DNA of 64,000 bases from an uncultured Chitinophaga sp. (GTDB lineage: Bacteria; Bacteroidota; Bacteroidia; Chitinophagales; Chitinophagaceae). Positions within the stretch are counted from its first letter, which is position 1; the number at the start of each line of letters is the position of its first letter. Made by a program: the position numbers and the translations under genes. Location of the stretch: assembly GCA_964606155.1 (NCBI GenBank), contig CAZSGD010000022.1:9410-73409 (forward strand), written 5' to 3'. Of the stretch, positions 38,235 to 47,849 are shown piece by piece. A model generated the notes under the pieces. The model was not told the origin of the DNA, did no database searches, and worked only from the letters and a program-made list of their open reading frames with translations.

Positions 38235-39164
38235 CTATTTATTAGGCCAGGCAGTTTTTCTTTTTTGCATATTCGCCACCACCAGGCCGGCTATCACCAA
38301 TAAAAAGCTGGCAATATGGTACCCCTTTATTTTTTCCTGCAAAATGATCACGGCTTCAATACTGCTGAAAACCGGGATCAGGTTGCCAAACAACGAGGCC
38401 CTGCCCGCGCCTAAATGCCCAATGGCGATATTCCACAATAAGAAACAAATAACAGAAGCGCCCAATCCAAGATAAACAATCGCTGCGATGTTGGAAAAAT
38501 TGATGGCAATACCGCCCTTGCTTTGCCATTCCATGATGTAAAACGGCAATAAGCATATCGTGCCGATCAGGAATACTGTAAACAGAAAATTTGAATTGCT
38601 CATGCTTTTGGGCTTTCTCTTGGCCGATACATTGTACACGGCAAATGTGAAAGCAGCTCCCAGCATCCACCAGTCGCCTTTGGAAAAAGAAAGCGATAAT
38701 AATTTTTCCCAATGGCCCATGGAGAGTAAGGTCAATACACCGGCAATGCATACCAGTAAACCCAGCACCCGCAGCCAGGTGATCTTTTCGTTTAGAAATA
38801 TCCGGGCCAGTATTACCGACATAATGGGGGAGGATGTAGTACCAATTAATGCAAGATTGATGGCATCAGAATAATGCCCGGCGATATAAACAAAAGTGTT
38901 GAACAGTGTAACGCCGGCAACGGCAGCCAGGATGAAATACCATAACCTGTTTTTAACCAGCGGCCATTCTTTCCGGATGGTATTCCATACAAAAGGGAGT
39001 AAAATAAGCGTGGCAGTAACCCAGCGGTAAAAAGCCAGTGTAACCGGCGGTATTTCTTCAATAACGCCCCTGGCAATAATGAAATTACCCGACCAGATGA
39101 TGGTGGCAAGAACAGCGAGCAATACGCCGATCAGTACTTTGTTCTGTGAAAATTTATCAGTCAT
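38235..39164 (-). CDS. DMT family (EamA-like) transporter
   Basis: 309 aa, 10-TM pattern in two halves. Confidence 0.8.
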   Translation of the reverse strand: MTDKFSQNKVLIGVLLAVLATIIWSGNFIIARGVIEEIPPVTLAFYRWVTATLILLPFVWNTIRKEWPLVKNRLWYFILAAVAGVTLFNTFVYIAGHYSDAINLALIGTTSSPIMSVILARIFLNEKITWLRVLGLLVCIAGVLTLLSMGHWEKLLSLSFSKGDWWMLGAAFTFAVYNVSAKRKPKSMSNSNFLFTVFLIGTICLLPFYIMEWQSKGGIAINFSNIAAIVYLGLGASVICFLLWNIAIGHLGAGRASLFGNLIPVFSSIEAVIILQEKIKGYHIASFLLVIAGLVVANMQKRKTAWPNK

Positions 39165-39167
39165 GGA

Positions 39168-40466
39168 TCAATGTGCAAAGTCCAGCTCAAACCGGCCTTT
39201 GATCCTTTCGATAGGCGGATTGAAATAACCAAAGCGAAGCGCAGGGAATTCTTCGCGGATCAGTTCCTGTAATTGTTTTACACCCAGAAACTCACCTGTA
39301 TCCGTAGCGCCGATCTTGCCCAGGTACCAATCAGGGTCGATATTAAAATTGCGCCACTGTATCATCTTCAATCCTGTTTCCCTGATCAGTTTTCGCAACG
39401 CTTCATATTCCGCCACCGAATCCGTCATGCCCGGAAATACAAAATAGTTGATCGATGTCCATCCGCCATACCCGTTCACCACTTTCAGGCTTTCAACAAT
39501 ATCGTTGAAATCATAATTATTGGGCCGGTAATAAGGCATATACACTTCTCTCCGTGCCGAGTTGGTGCTTACCCGTATGGAATTCAAACCTGCTTTGCAT
39601 AATTCTTCCACGGCATCTGGTTTTGATCCATTGGTGTTGATATTGATACTTCCTTTGGGTGTATGTTTCCTGATCTCAATAATAGCATCACGGATGGTTT
39701 CCCACATCAGCAAAGGTTCTCCCTCACAGCCCTGCCCGAAACTGATGATTGGATAAGGTGCCGATTCAAGATGGGGCACTGTAAATTCAACGATCTCCTC
39801 CGGTGTGGGTTTGAAAGTTAAACGGTCTTGTGTGGATACAATGGGTTCCTCATCCGGTTGCAAGGAGATACATCCCACACAATTGGCATTGCAGGCCGGT
39901 GAAGCAGGTACCGGGCATTCCCATCGGCCTAAAGCAAAATTCCTGGCGGCAGGGCAGTTATAAGTCTGGCAGCAATTTTCCATCAGGTGTTTTACCAACC
40001 GGTTATGCGGGTAAGCTTTCAGCAACCGGGCCGTACCGGCGTCGATCTTTTCTTTATCATAACCACTGCATTCCTGCCGGATATCCGGTTCAATGCGGAC
40101 AGCAGGAACATAAAATTTTTTATTGTGCCAGCCTACCGCTGTATAACAAAACAATGGAAGGGTGGGTGCATCGGCTGCGGTTTCATAAGCAGCCAGGTAA
40201 AAGCCGGTATGTGCAGGCGGAATGAATGCGGCAACCGCCCAGCCTTTTTCACACAAACGCATGTCACCGGTCTTCACATCAATGCCAATCCCTCTTCGGC
40301 CAGGAAGTTCATACAAGGACCCTCCATCGGGCAGTTCGATCCATTCATCTTCCGGAACAGGAACAGCGTCCCAGCCCGTACGGCCTGTAACATACAAGCA
40401 AGTGTCTTCAAAAATATTTCCTTGTCCATCAGAATAAAGAATATATGGCGATAAATCGGGGTTCAT
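39168..40466 (-). CDS. radical SAM protein with an uncharacterised ~190-aa N-terminal domain
   Basis: CNANCVGC is the CX3CX2C motif. It is preceded by further cysteines (CCQTYNC...WEC). Confidence 0.85.
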   Translation of the reverse strand: MNPDLSPYILYSDGQGNIFEDTCLYVTGRTGWDAVPVPEDEWIELPDGGSLYELPGRRGIGIDVKTGDMRLCEKGWAVAAFIPPAHTGFYLAAYETAADAPTLPLFCYTAVGWHNKKFYVPAVRIEPDIRQECSGYDKEKIDAGTARLLKAYPHNRLVKHLMENCCQTYNCPAARNFALGRWECPVPASPACNANCVGCISLQPDEEPIVSTQDRLTFKPTPEEIVEFTVPHLESAPYPIISFGQGCEGEPLLMWETIRDAIIEIRKHTPKGSININTNGSKPDAVEELCKAGLNSIRVSTNSARREVYMPYYRPNNYDFNDIVESLKVVNGYGGWTSINYFVFPGMTDSVAEYEALRKLIRETGLKMIQWRNFNIDPDWYLGKIGATDTGEFLGVKQLQELIREEFPALRFGYFNPPIERIKGRFELDFAH

Positions 40467-40479
40467 TTTTTGAATCAGT

Positions 40480-41037
40480 TTATCCGGCGCTGGCGGCAGG
40501 CTTTAATTGTTCTTTGCAAAAGTCGTTAAATTCTTTTTCATCAATATCATTCTGCCCCGGGTCGATATACTGCTGTACCAGTTTATTATTCCTGAAATCC
40601 ATGGTCAGCAGCCCGTCTTTCAGCAGTACATTGTTCAGCTCCTGCCATTGAATGTTTCGTTGCGGAAAGGAGGGAAACCTGATCTGATCGTAGGTGAAAC
40701 GTATCGTTAAATTCCGCATGGCTATTACAAATAACAAGGCGACCAGTATTACAGCAATGGCCGGCCAGTATAGATGCATCCGCAAATAAAAATAAACACT
40801 GATAGCAATAGCGGCCGCCCGGGCATCAAACTTTTTTTTCTTCCTGAAAAAAAAATCCAGTACCAGGAAGAGAAGGATACAGCCGCCTGCAATCAATGCC
40901 TTGTTTTGAAAGGGCTGGTCTTTTGCGGTAAAGGCGAGTAAGAGAAAAGCAAGCAGGTTCAGGAGAACGATCACCAGCAGGGATGTTTGATACGATTTTC
41001 TTTTCTCATTTTTCAGGGTGATCGCAAATTGCTTCAT
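40480..41037 (-). CDS. hypothetical membrane protein (3-4 TM plus soluble C-terminal domain)
   Basis: Hydrophobic segments. No recognised motif. Confidence 0.6.
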   Translation of the reverse strand: MKQFAITLKNEKRKSYQTSLLVIVLLNLLAFLLLAFTAKDQPFQNKALIAGGCILLFLVLDFFFRKKKKFDARAAAIAISVYFYLRMHLYWPAIAVILVALLFVIAMRNLTIRFTYDQIRFPSFPQRNIQWQELNNVLLKDGLLTMDFRNNKLVQQYIDPGQNDIDEKEFNDFCKEQLKPAASAG

Positions 41038-41038
41038 G

Positions 41039-42082
41039 TCAGCTATTACTTGTAACTAACAAATTACACAATTTGAATAATACCCTGGCCCCAACGTTGG
41101 AGTTCCAGTCGGTGTCGCTGATGCCCACTTCGCTGAGATCGAAGCCCACGATCTTTCGGCCGCTTTGTAACATGGTGCGGAAGATGAAGAAGACCTCTTC
41201 CAGTTCAAAACCGCCGGGCACTGGTGTGCCGGTATGCGGGCATAATTTTCTATCAAGACCATCAATGTCAAAACTGATAAAAACCTTCTCGGGTAATTTG
41301 CTCACAATTTCTTCGGCAATATTTCTCCAGGTATCTCCGCCAAACTGCCGGTTCTTTATTTCCCGGTCAAAATAGGTGATCACCCGGTAATTGCTGGAAC
41401 GGATATAATCCCACTCACTCTGACTATAATCCCGAACACCCACCTGGATCAGTCTTTCCAGCTCAGGTATCTCCTTCAGTGCATTGAACATGATACTGGC
41501 ATGCGAGTAGTTAAATCCTTCATAGGCATCCCGCAGGTCACAATGCGCATCGATCTGCAACACACCAAACTGGCCGTGTTTTTCGCCGATCGCTTTCATA
41601 TAACCTAACGGTGTGCTGTGGTCGCCACCTAAAATACCCACCAGTTTATCCCGCTCCAATAATGCTTTTGTTTGATCATACACCCAGGTGTTGAGATATA
41701 CGCCGCCTTCATTTACATCTTTCAGGGTTTTGCGCATAAACTGGTTTGCCTGTACATCATCACCCCTGGAAATATAATCGATATAGAGTTCTGCTTCTTT
41801 GCGGAGATAATCGCTTTTCATCAGGATCTTTCTGTCGCAGGCACGCATATAAAAACCCTCTTTCCATGCATCCGGCATATCAGGATCAAAAAGGTCTACC
41901 TGTAAGCTGGCTTTGGAAATAGCTTCGGGAGCCCTGGCCGTACCGGCGCCATAGCTAACCGTTACTTCCCAGGGAACGGGGAGAATGATCAGGCGGGAGC
42001 TTTCTTCAGTTGTGGGTAAACCAAAAATATTATTCTCTGGGTTACTCACACTGTTAGGGTCATAATTGGTGAGATCGGTCAT
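41039..42082 (-). CDS. arginase-family hydrolase (agmatinase / formimidoylglutamase-like)
   Basis: Mn-binding motifs GGDHS, DAHCDLRD and SFDIDGLD. Confidence 0.85.
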   Translation of the reverse strand: MTDLTNYDPNSVSNPENNIFGLPTTEESSRLIILPVPWEVTVSYGAGTARAPEAISKASLQVDLFDPDMPDAWKEGFYMRACDRKILMKSDYLRKEAELYIDYISRGDDVQANQFMRKTLKDVNEGGVYLNTWVYDQTKALLERDKLVGILGGDHSTPLGYMKAIGEKHGQFGVLQIDAHCDLRDAYEGFNYSHASIMFNALKEIPELERLIQVGVRDYSQSEWDYIRSSNYRVITYFDREIKNRQFGGDTWRNIAEEIVSKLPEKVFISFDIDGLDRKLCPHTGTPVPGGFELEEVFFIFRTMLQSGRKIVGFDLSEVGISDTDWNSNVGARVLFKLCNLLVTSNS

Positions 42083-42191
42083 GCTTACTGGGTTATAAGG
42101 CCGTGCAAGTTAATCGCCTTTAGTAAGGCCGCAAAATCAAACCTTAAAAGGTGCAAAAAATGGCCGAAGCAAACGGTTGTCCCGGGCAGGA

Positions 42192-43259
42192 TCACTTCCT
42201 GCTCAGGTTCTTCAGGTGACTTACATGCGACACCACCGCCAGCCTCATTTTCGGGTATTCGATATAGGGGATTCCAAAATCCTGGCAGGCTTTCTTGATT
42301 ATCTTACTGATAGCCGGGTAATGCACATGCGAGATCTTGGGGAACAAGTGGTGTTCTATCTGGAAGTTCAGACCGCCCACCCACCAGGATATCAGTTTAT
42401 TCCTGGTGGCGAAATTGGCCGTTGTTTTTAATTGATGAATGGCCCACTCATCTTCCATTTTATTCGTATCGATACTGGCCTTTGGAAATTCTGTATGCTC
42501 CACGGTATGGGCCAACTGGAAAACGATACTCAGCACAAATCCTGCAAACAAAGCAAAAACCAGGAACCCGATGAGCCAGGGGGTGAACCCTAACATATAA
42601 ATGGGAAGTGCTACAAACAAAAAGGCATGCAGCAGTTTGAAGGCCCAGAAGGAAATATGATCTGCAACGGTCATGGACTTCAGGGGTACAGGACCGATCC
42701 TTTTCAGGAAATATTTTTTATAATCCGTAACAAATACCCACCACATGTACAGTAAAGAATAGGCCGCCCAGAAATACCAATGCTGATAGCGGTGTATTTT
42801 ATAATATTTCTGTGTTTCACAAAGACGAAGAAATGGCCTGGCTTCAATGTCATCATCTACTCCTTCAATATTGGTGTAGGTATGATGGATGATGTTATGC
42901 TTGGTCTTCCACATGAAGTTATTGGCGCCTAAAAAGTTCAAAGACAATCCTGCCAGTGTGTTCACCCATTTGTATTTGCTGAAACTGCCGTGCATCCCGT
43001 CATGCATAACATTAAATCCGATAGCTGCCGTTAATCCACCCAACACAACACATTCGATGATGGCCAGCCAGGGGGCAGGTGTAAAGAAAACGAGATGCGT
43101 ATATACGAATACGTAAGCAACCACCAACACAATGGCTTTAATGAATAATTTATAATTACCGGTGGAAGAGGTTCCAATTTCTTTAAAATAATCACTGATC
43201 CGCTTTTTCAATTCGCTATGGAAAGACTGTGAAACCTGTGAGAATTTTGGGATGGCCAT
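42192..43259 (-). CDS. membrane fatty acid desaturase
   Basis: His boxes HDGMHGS, HNIIHHTYTN and QIEHHLFP. ATG 43259 (MAIPKF) is preferred. Confidence 0.88.
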   Translation of the reverse strand: MAIPKFSQVSQSFHSELKKRISDYFKEIGTSSTGNYKLFIKAIVLVVAYVFVYTHLVFFTPAPWLAIIECVVLGGLTAAIGFNVMHDGMHGSFSKYKWVNTLAGLSLNFLGANNFMWKTKHNIIHHTYTNIEGVDDDIEARPFLRLCETQKYYKIHRYQHWYFWAAYSLLYMWWVFVTDYKKYFLKRIGPVPLKSMTVADHISFWAFKLLHAFLFVALPIYMLGFTPWLIGFLVFALFAGFVLSIVFQLAHTVEHTEFPKASIDTNKMEDEWAIHQLKTTANFATRNKLISWWVGGLNFQIEHHLFPKISHVHYPAISKIIKKACQDFGIPYIEYPKMRLAVVSHVSHLKNLSRK

Positions 43260-43282
43260 CTCTAAGATTAAATTAATGTATG

Positions 43283-43290
43283 CAAAGGTA
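43283..43290 (-). promoter_or_regulatory. candidate -7 box TACCTTTG, 23 nt upstream of ATG 43259
   Basis: Exact TAnnTTTG match on the minus strand. Confidence 0.35.
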
Positions 43291-43387
43291 AGCTTAAATC
43301 TGCTACCATGATGCAATTAATATGGCCCAATTATCCAGATTTACGTGATTTTGTGTAGTAATTCCGATCAATTGTTAGTTAAAAGCT

Positions 43388-44128
43388 CTACGTTTCTACC
43401 TGGATAAGCGCATCAAGGTTGCGGATACCGATCTTTTTCTCACAAATAAAGCCCTCCGCATATTTTACACCGATCCGTTTACCCAGCATCCTGGCCCTTG
43501 CGATCACACTTTCCAGGAAGTCGGGGGTGGAAATATAGGTTTGCGGACCCTCGTTACTCCCGGCAGTGGCCGTATGGAATTGGGTGGAATAGGCTTTTAT
43601 TGCATTCATGCGCTGCTCAAACACATCGGAGATATCGATCAGCAGGTCTGGTTCATGATACCAATCCTGGATATAATGCAATACATAGGCGGGCCTCCAT
43701 TTTTCCTGTTGCACCCCCTGTTCGTCTTTTGTTTCAATCTTGGCTAATCCTGCCAGGAAGGCACAATCAGCGATCATATTTCCTGCACGGCCATGGTCGG
43801 GGTGCCGGTCATGCAAAACATTTCCAATGATGATATTGGGCTGGTATTTGCGAATGGCTGTGATCAGTTTACGTTTATTCTCTTCATTGTTCTCGAAAAA
43901 ACCATCCCGCATTTTCAGGTTCTCTCTTACCTGTACGCCCATGATCATGGCGGCGTTGGCCGACTCCTGGTAACGGGTATCAATGGTGCCACGGGTACCC
44001 AGTTCCCCCTGGGTGAGATCTACAATACCTGCTTTCTTTCCCGCTTTTATTTCGTTAATAAGTGTGCCGGAACAACCCAATTCCACATCATCCGGGTGAA
44101 CGCCGATGGCCAATAAATCCAGTTTCAT
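43388..44128 (-). CDS. bshB1: bacillithiol biosynthesis deacetylase BshB1 (LmbE/PIG-L family)
   Basis: LAIGVHPDDVELGCSGT and HPDHG motifs. 246 aa. Confidence 0.82.
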   Translation of the reverse strand: MKLDLLAIGVHPDDVELGCSGTLINEIKAGKKAGIVDLTQGELGTRGTIDTRYQESANAAMIMGVQVRENLKMRDGFFENNEENKRKLITAIRKYQPNIIIGNVLHDRHPDHGRAGNMIADCAFLAGLAKIETKDEQGVQQEKWRPAYVLHYIQDWYHEPDLLIDISDVFEQRMNAIKAYSTQFHTATAGSNEGPQTYISTPDFLESVIARARMLGKRIGVKYAEGFICEKKIGIRNLDALIQVET

Positions 44129-44145
44129 GTTATTTATTTATACTT

Positions 44146-44400
44146 CCTCTGTTCTTCTGTTCCTCTGTTCTCATGTTCTAATGTTCTTGTGTTCCATACC
44201 GGCTTCGACCAGCTCAGCCTGACATTTCGATTTTTAAGACTATTCCCCTGTTCATCTGTTCCTCTGTTCTTCTGTTCCTCTGTTCTCATGTTCTAATGTT
44301 CTTGTGTTCCATACCGGCTTCGACAAGCTCAGCCTGACATTTCAACTTTAAACACTGCTCCCCTGTTCATCTGTTCTAATGTTCTTCTGTTCCTCCGTTC
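44146..44400. repeat. tandem ~115-bp repeat (2.2 copies) built from TGTTC-core octamers
   Basis: 44146-44260 and 44261-44375 are near-identical over the first ~80 nt and diverge in the last ~30. A partial third copy runs to 44400. Each copy opens with CTGTTCTT CTGTTCCT CTGTTCTC ATGTTCTA ATGTTCTT GTGTTCCA. Confidence 0.9.
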
Positions 44401-45117
44401 TTACTTCCTATACGGATTCCCATACCAGGACCCATCGATCTCTTTTACGATCGCTTCAATCTCTCTGTCGATCTTGTTTTCTTTCAGGTCCCAGTCCTGT
44501 TTCAGGTTACCACCCACAAACCAGGCCACCGTTTGATAGAACCTGGCATTGAAACCACCCTTGTATTCTTTGATGATCTCATAACAGTTATTGCCCGTTT
44601 GGCGGTTGATCAGTTTCATTAATATTTTTCCCTGGTACACTGAAAGATTGGATAACGGTTCACTGAACTGGGTTTTCAGTTCTTTTTCCCTGGATTTGAT
44701 ATATTTTTTTCTGTCTTTTTTGGAACTCACATTGGCCAGGTTGCGGTTAATATCATTAATGGTGCTGCCGGCGATCCTCGCATAAGGGTAAGTAACATAC
44801 ACAGCATTACGGAGCCTCGTCCACTCCTGGATATATTTGGCCAGCTTATCGGGAGAAAGCCTGGATATCCAAACCATTTCTTCTTCCTTATAATTCACAA
44901 TTTCATTTTGGTAAAAAATAGCAGGCGTGAGAATAGTGTCGTTGGGTCCCCATTTCTTTCGTTGCTCCCTCATGGCATGGAGGGCATATTGAGTGGAGTC
45001 CTTATAAGCCAGGGTATCTACCGGTACGGGAGTTTGAGCAGCTATTTTATTCCATGCTGCCGCCAACAGGAGCAATCCCATTCCGATAAAAACTTTATAT
45101 CTGATGGCTTTATTCAT
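44401..45117 (-). CDS. DUF4294-like secreted protein
   Basis: Signal peptide. YQGKILMKLINRQTGNNCYEIIKEYKGG resembles what I recall of DUF4294. Confidence 0.55.
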   Translation of the reverse strand: MNKAIRYKVFIGMGLLLLAAAWNKIAAQTPVPVDTLAYKDSTQYALHAMREQRKKWGPNDTILTPAIFYQNEIVNYKEEEMVWISRLSPDKLAKYIQEWTRLRNAVYVTYPYARIAGSTINDINRNLANVSSKKDRKKYIKSREKELKTQFSEPLSNLSVYQGKILMKLINRQTGNNCYEIIKEYKGGFNARFYQTVAWFVGGNLKQDWDLKENKIDREIEAIVKEIDGSWYGNPYRK

Positions 45118-45204
45118 CGGGTTGTTGATTCCGCTTCAGAATCATGCAAATAAGACCATAAAGCTACAACAGAAGCTGTTTTAAAAAAGCAAAAAATGAT
45201 GGGG

Positions 45205-47820
45205 CTACGTAGTTTTACGGAGCAGCTGTATCCTGCGGATCATACTGAGAAGGATGCCGATGGCAGTAATGACCACGCCAAACCACAATAAGTTGATATA
45301 AGGGAACTTATAGGCTTTGATAGTCACATATTTCATCACCGCATTGGATTCTTTAATGCCCATCTCGATACTCTTGTCGGGATTGAATTTTTGTAAACGG
45401 AGAATCAGGCTTTCTGCTGTGATGGTGTCGGGCAGGGCAAACAGCTCGCCCTTGGCAACAGCCAGCCGGGGTGTAACTGAATAAATTGACCCTGTTTTCG
45501 AAAATATCTTCACCGGGGCTTCATGCAATTTGCCATCCTTGCCAAATAATTCAGCAGGTACGGAATCCTTTGTTTGTACAGATTGCAATACAATAAACCC
45601 ACCTGAATAGAAAAGGGTGTCACCTGTTCTCATATTCACCGGTTTGAACAGGGCCGTATCTTTTACATCGGGATTGGAGATTGAAGTGATATAAGTAAAT
45701 ACATCGTGGTCCAGGTAATGCCGGGCATCCGGATTCGACATCAGGCCTTCATTGCCTTTGTAGTTCACAAATGAATTGGGCATCAACGTAAATTCTTCCC
45801 TGCCATCCTTACTTTTAAAATGCACTTTATAATAGGACTGCTGTTTTTTGGGATGCGAAGAGTCGCCCAGATAAGTGAGCGAATACTTGCCCATGTCCAT
45901 CGTCATATCTTTTACCAGTGTCAGGTTCTCTCTCGGATCTTCTCCTTTTCCCAATGGAGCCGGAATGCCGGCAATATTGTTCGACAATACTTCTTTGTTG
46001 GAAGAAGAGATAAGTATACCTAACAGTACCATGCCAAAGCCAACGTGTGCAATGGAACCACCTGTAAGTTTCAAATTCCCTTTCAGGCCTAGCCAGATAT
46101 AAGAGGCATTGGCGATGATGGTATAGATGCTGCAGATGACAGCCAGCCAAAGGGCGCCATGGAATACAGGGCCCTTTTTATCATAGTCGATACTGCCAAA
46201 GGCAAACACGAGGCCGCCCAGGGCAGCAGCCATGAGGGTGGGCCATACTATCTTTTTCCAGAAAAAGGAACCACTGGTCTCTTTATATTTCAGGTATTGA
46301 GAAACAGCGGTCAGTAAAGCCACAATAACGGCTACGTATACCTGTATACTGTTATAAGCGTATTCTGCATCCTCCGGCGGGGCAATATTGGTGCCGAATA
46401 ATTTATTAAAAACAGGAAGCGATGTTTTACCAATGATCACGGTGGCTGAAAGAAAGAAAACAAGCGAACCAATGAACATCCAGAATTCACGGGAAGAAGT
46501 GGCTTCTTCCTTAACAATAGTAGGCACCTGCGTCTGGATATGGTAAATAATAAATCCAAGTCCGGTTAACAGGGATAGCAGGCCCAGCCAGGGTAAATTG
46601 AGCCAGTAAGTGACAAGCGCTAAAACAAAACCGGTTACTAAAGCAATTATATTTTGTCTTCTATTTTTGGCTGCCAATATCGCCCCTAACCAGATAAAGA
46701 CATACATGAGCATGTATAACTGAATATTCATGCCCAGGTCGGTGAATGCATGCACCGAAGTTTCTCCGAGTATACCGCTCCTGGTGAGGAAAGTGGAATA
46801 TAAGATCAGCCCGAATGCCAGTATGAAGAACAGGTGCGTGGCACGCAAGGAATGACCGGTATGTTTATAGATCAGCAGCGTGTGTATGCCCGATACCAGC
46901 ACCAGCCAGGGTACCAGGGATGCATTTTCCACAGGGTCCCAGGCCCAATAACCGCCAAACGTAAGTGATTCGTAAGCCCATTTGGCACCCATCATGATAC
47001 CCACACCTAAAACTGCGGTGGAAAACAAAGCCCAGGGAAGGGCAGGTTTGGTCCATTCTCCGAATTGCTTTTTCCAAAGGCCCGCAATGGCAAATGCAAA
47101 GGGAACAATAGTAGAAGCAAAGCCCAGGAACAAAACGGGAGGGTGAATAACCATCCAGTAATTCTGTAATAATGGGTTCAGGTCATTCCCGTCTTTGATA
47201 ACAGACATATAGTCCGGCCGGATGGCATTATGAATATCCTGTCCCACATGCATGGCCGGTGCATTGTCAAAAACACCAGAATCACGGAGCAGTATAAAGG
47301 GATTGGAACCCATCTTCCAGCCAAAAAAATAAATGCCGGCGATCATGGTGGCCAGCGCAAACTGGGCAAAGCTGATGACCGTCATGACCGGCGCTTCCCA
47401 ATTCTTGCTTGTTTTGATGATGATAAGCCCCAGCACGGAGTGCCAAAAGCTCCAGAGTAAAAAACTTCCTTCCTGTCCTTCCCAAAAGCAGGCCAGCAGG
47501 TATTTTAATTCGAGCGAACGACTGCTGTGTTTCCAGGCGTAATGATATTCGAAAAGGTGATTATAAATAATATAGAACAGGATTGAAAAAATGGAGATAA
47601 CCGATATTACTTCGATGATAAAAGCGATACGGGCCAGTTTTTTCCAATAGGCCCCATCATCGGTAGAAACAGCCAGGGTGGTGGAGGCGGTCAGTGGTAC
47701 ATACGAAACCCGGGTGGCCATGAAATACGCAAATGTGGCTACCAAAGAAGCAACGATAGATAACACCACAAAAAAATGCCCTATTTGTCCTGGTAAAAGA
47801 TGCTCCCCTATATAGTTCAT
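45205..47820 (-). CDS. ccmF: CcmF-like cytochrome c heme lyase with a long C-terminal extension
   Basis: WWD motif FGGYWAWDPVENASLVPWL. 871 aa, against about 650 for typical CcmF. Confidence 0.82.
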   Translation of the reverse strand: MNYIGEHLLPGQIGHFFVVLSIVASLVATFAYFMATRVSYVPLTASTTLAVSTDDGAYWKKLARIAFIIEVISVISIFSILFYIIYNHLFEYHYAWKHSSRSLELKYLLACFWEGQEGSFLLWSFWHSVLGLIIIKTSKNWEAPVMTVISFAQFALATMIAGIYFFGWKMGSNPFILLRDSGVFDNAPAMHVGQDIHNAIRPDYMSVIKDGNDLNPLLQNYWMVIHPPVLFLGFASTIVPFAFAIAGLWKKQFGEWTKPALPWALFSTAVLGVGIMMGAKWAYESLTFGGYWAWDPVENASLVPWLVLVSGIHTLLIYKHTGHSLRATHLFFILAFGLILYSTFLTRSGILGETSVHAFTDLGMNIQLYMLMYVFIWLGAILAAKNRRQNIIALVTGFVLALVTYWLNLPWLGLLSLLTGLGFIIYHIQTQVPTIVKEEATSSREFWMFIGSLVFFLSATVIIGKTSLPVFNKLFGTNIAPPEDAEYAYNSIQVYVAVIVALLTAVSQYLKYKETSGSFFWKKIVWPTLMAAALGGLVFAFGSIDYDKKGPVFHGALWLAVICSIYTIIANASYIWLGLKGNLKLTGGSIAHVGFGMVLLGILISSSNKEVLSNNIAGIPAPLGKGEDPRENLTLVKDMTMDMGKYSLTYLGDSSHPKKQQSYYKVHFKSKDGREEFTLMPNSFVNYKGNEGLMSNPDARHYLDHDVFTYITSISNPDVKDTALFKPVNMRTGDTLFYSGGFIVLQSVQTKDSVPAELFGKDGKLHEAPVKIFSKTGSIYSVTPRLAVAKGELFALPDTITAESLILRLQKFNPDKSIEMGIKESNAVMKYVTIKAYKFPYINLLWFGVVITAIGILLSMIRRIQLLRKTT

Positions 47821-47849
47821 CGTATGATTTTATTACTGCAGAGCAGTAG

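Noticed and set aside
44146-44400. Possible CRISPR array (also considered for 33347-33392 and 32216-32313).
   Set aside because: The units are contiguous, with no unique spacers. Unit sizes of 7-8 nt or 115 nt do not fit CRISPR repeats, and there are no cas genes in the window.
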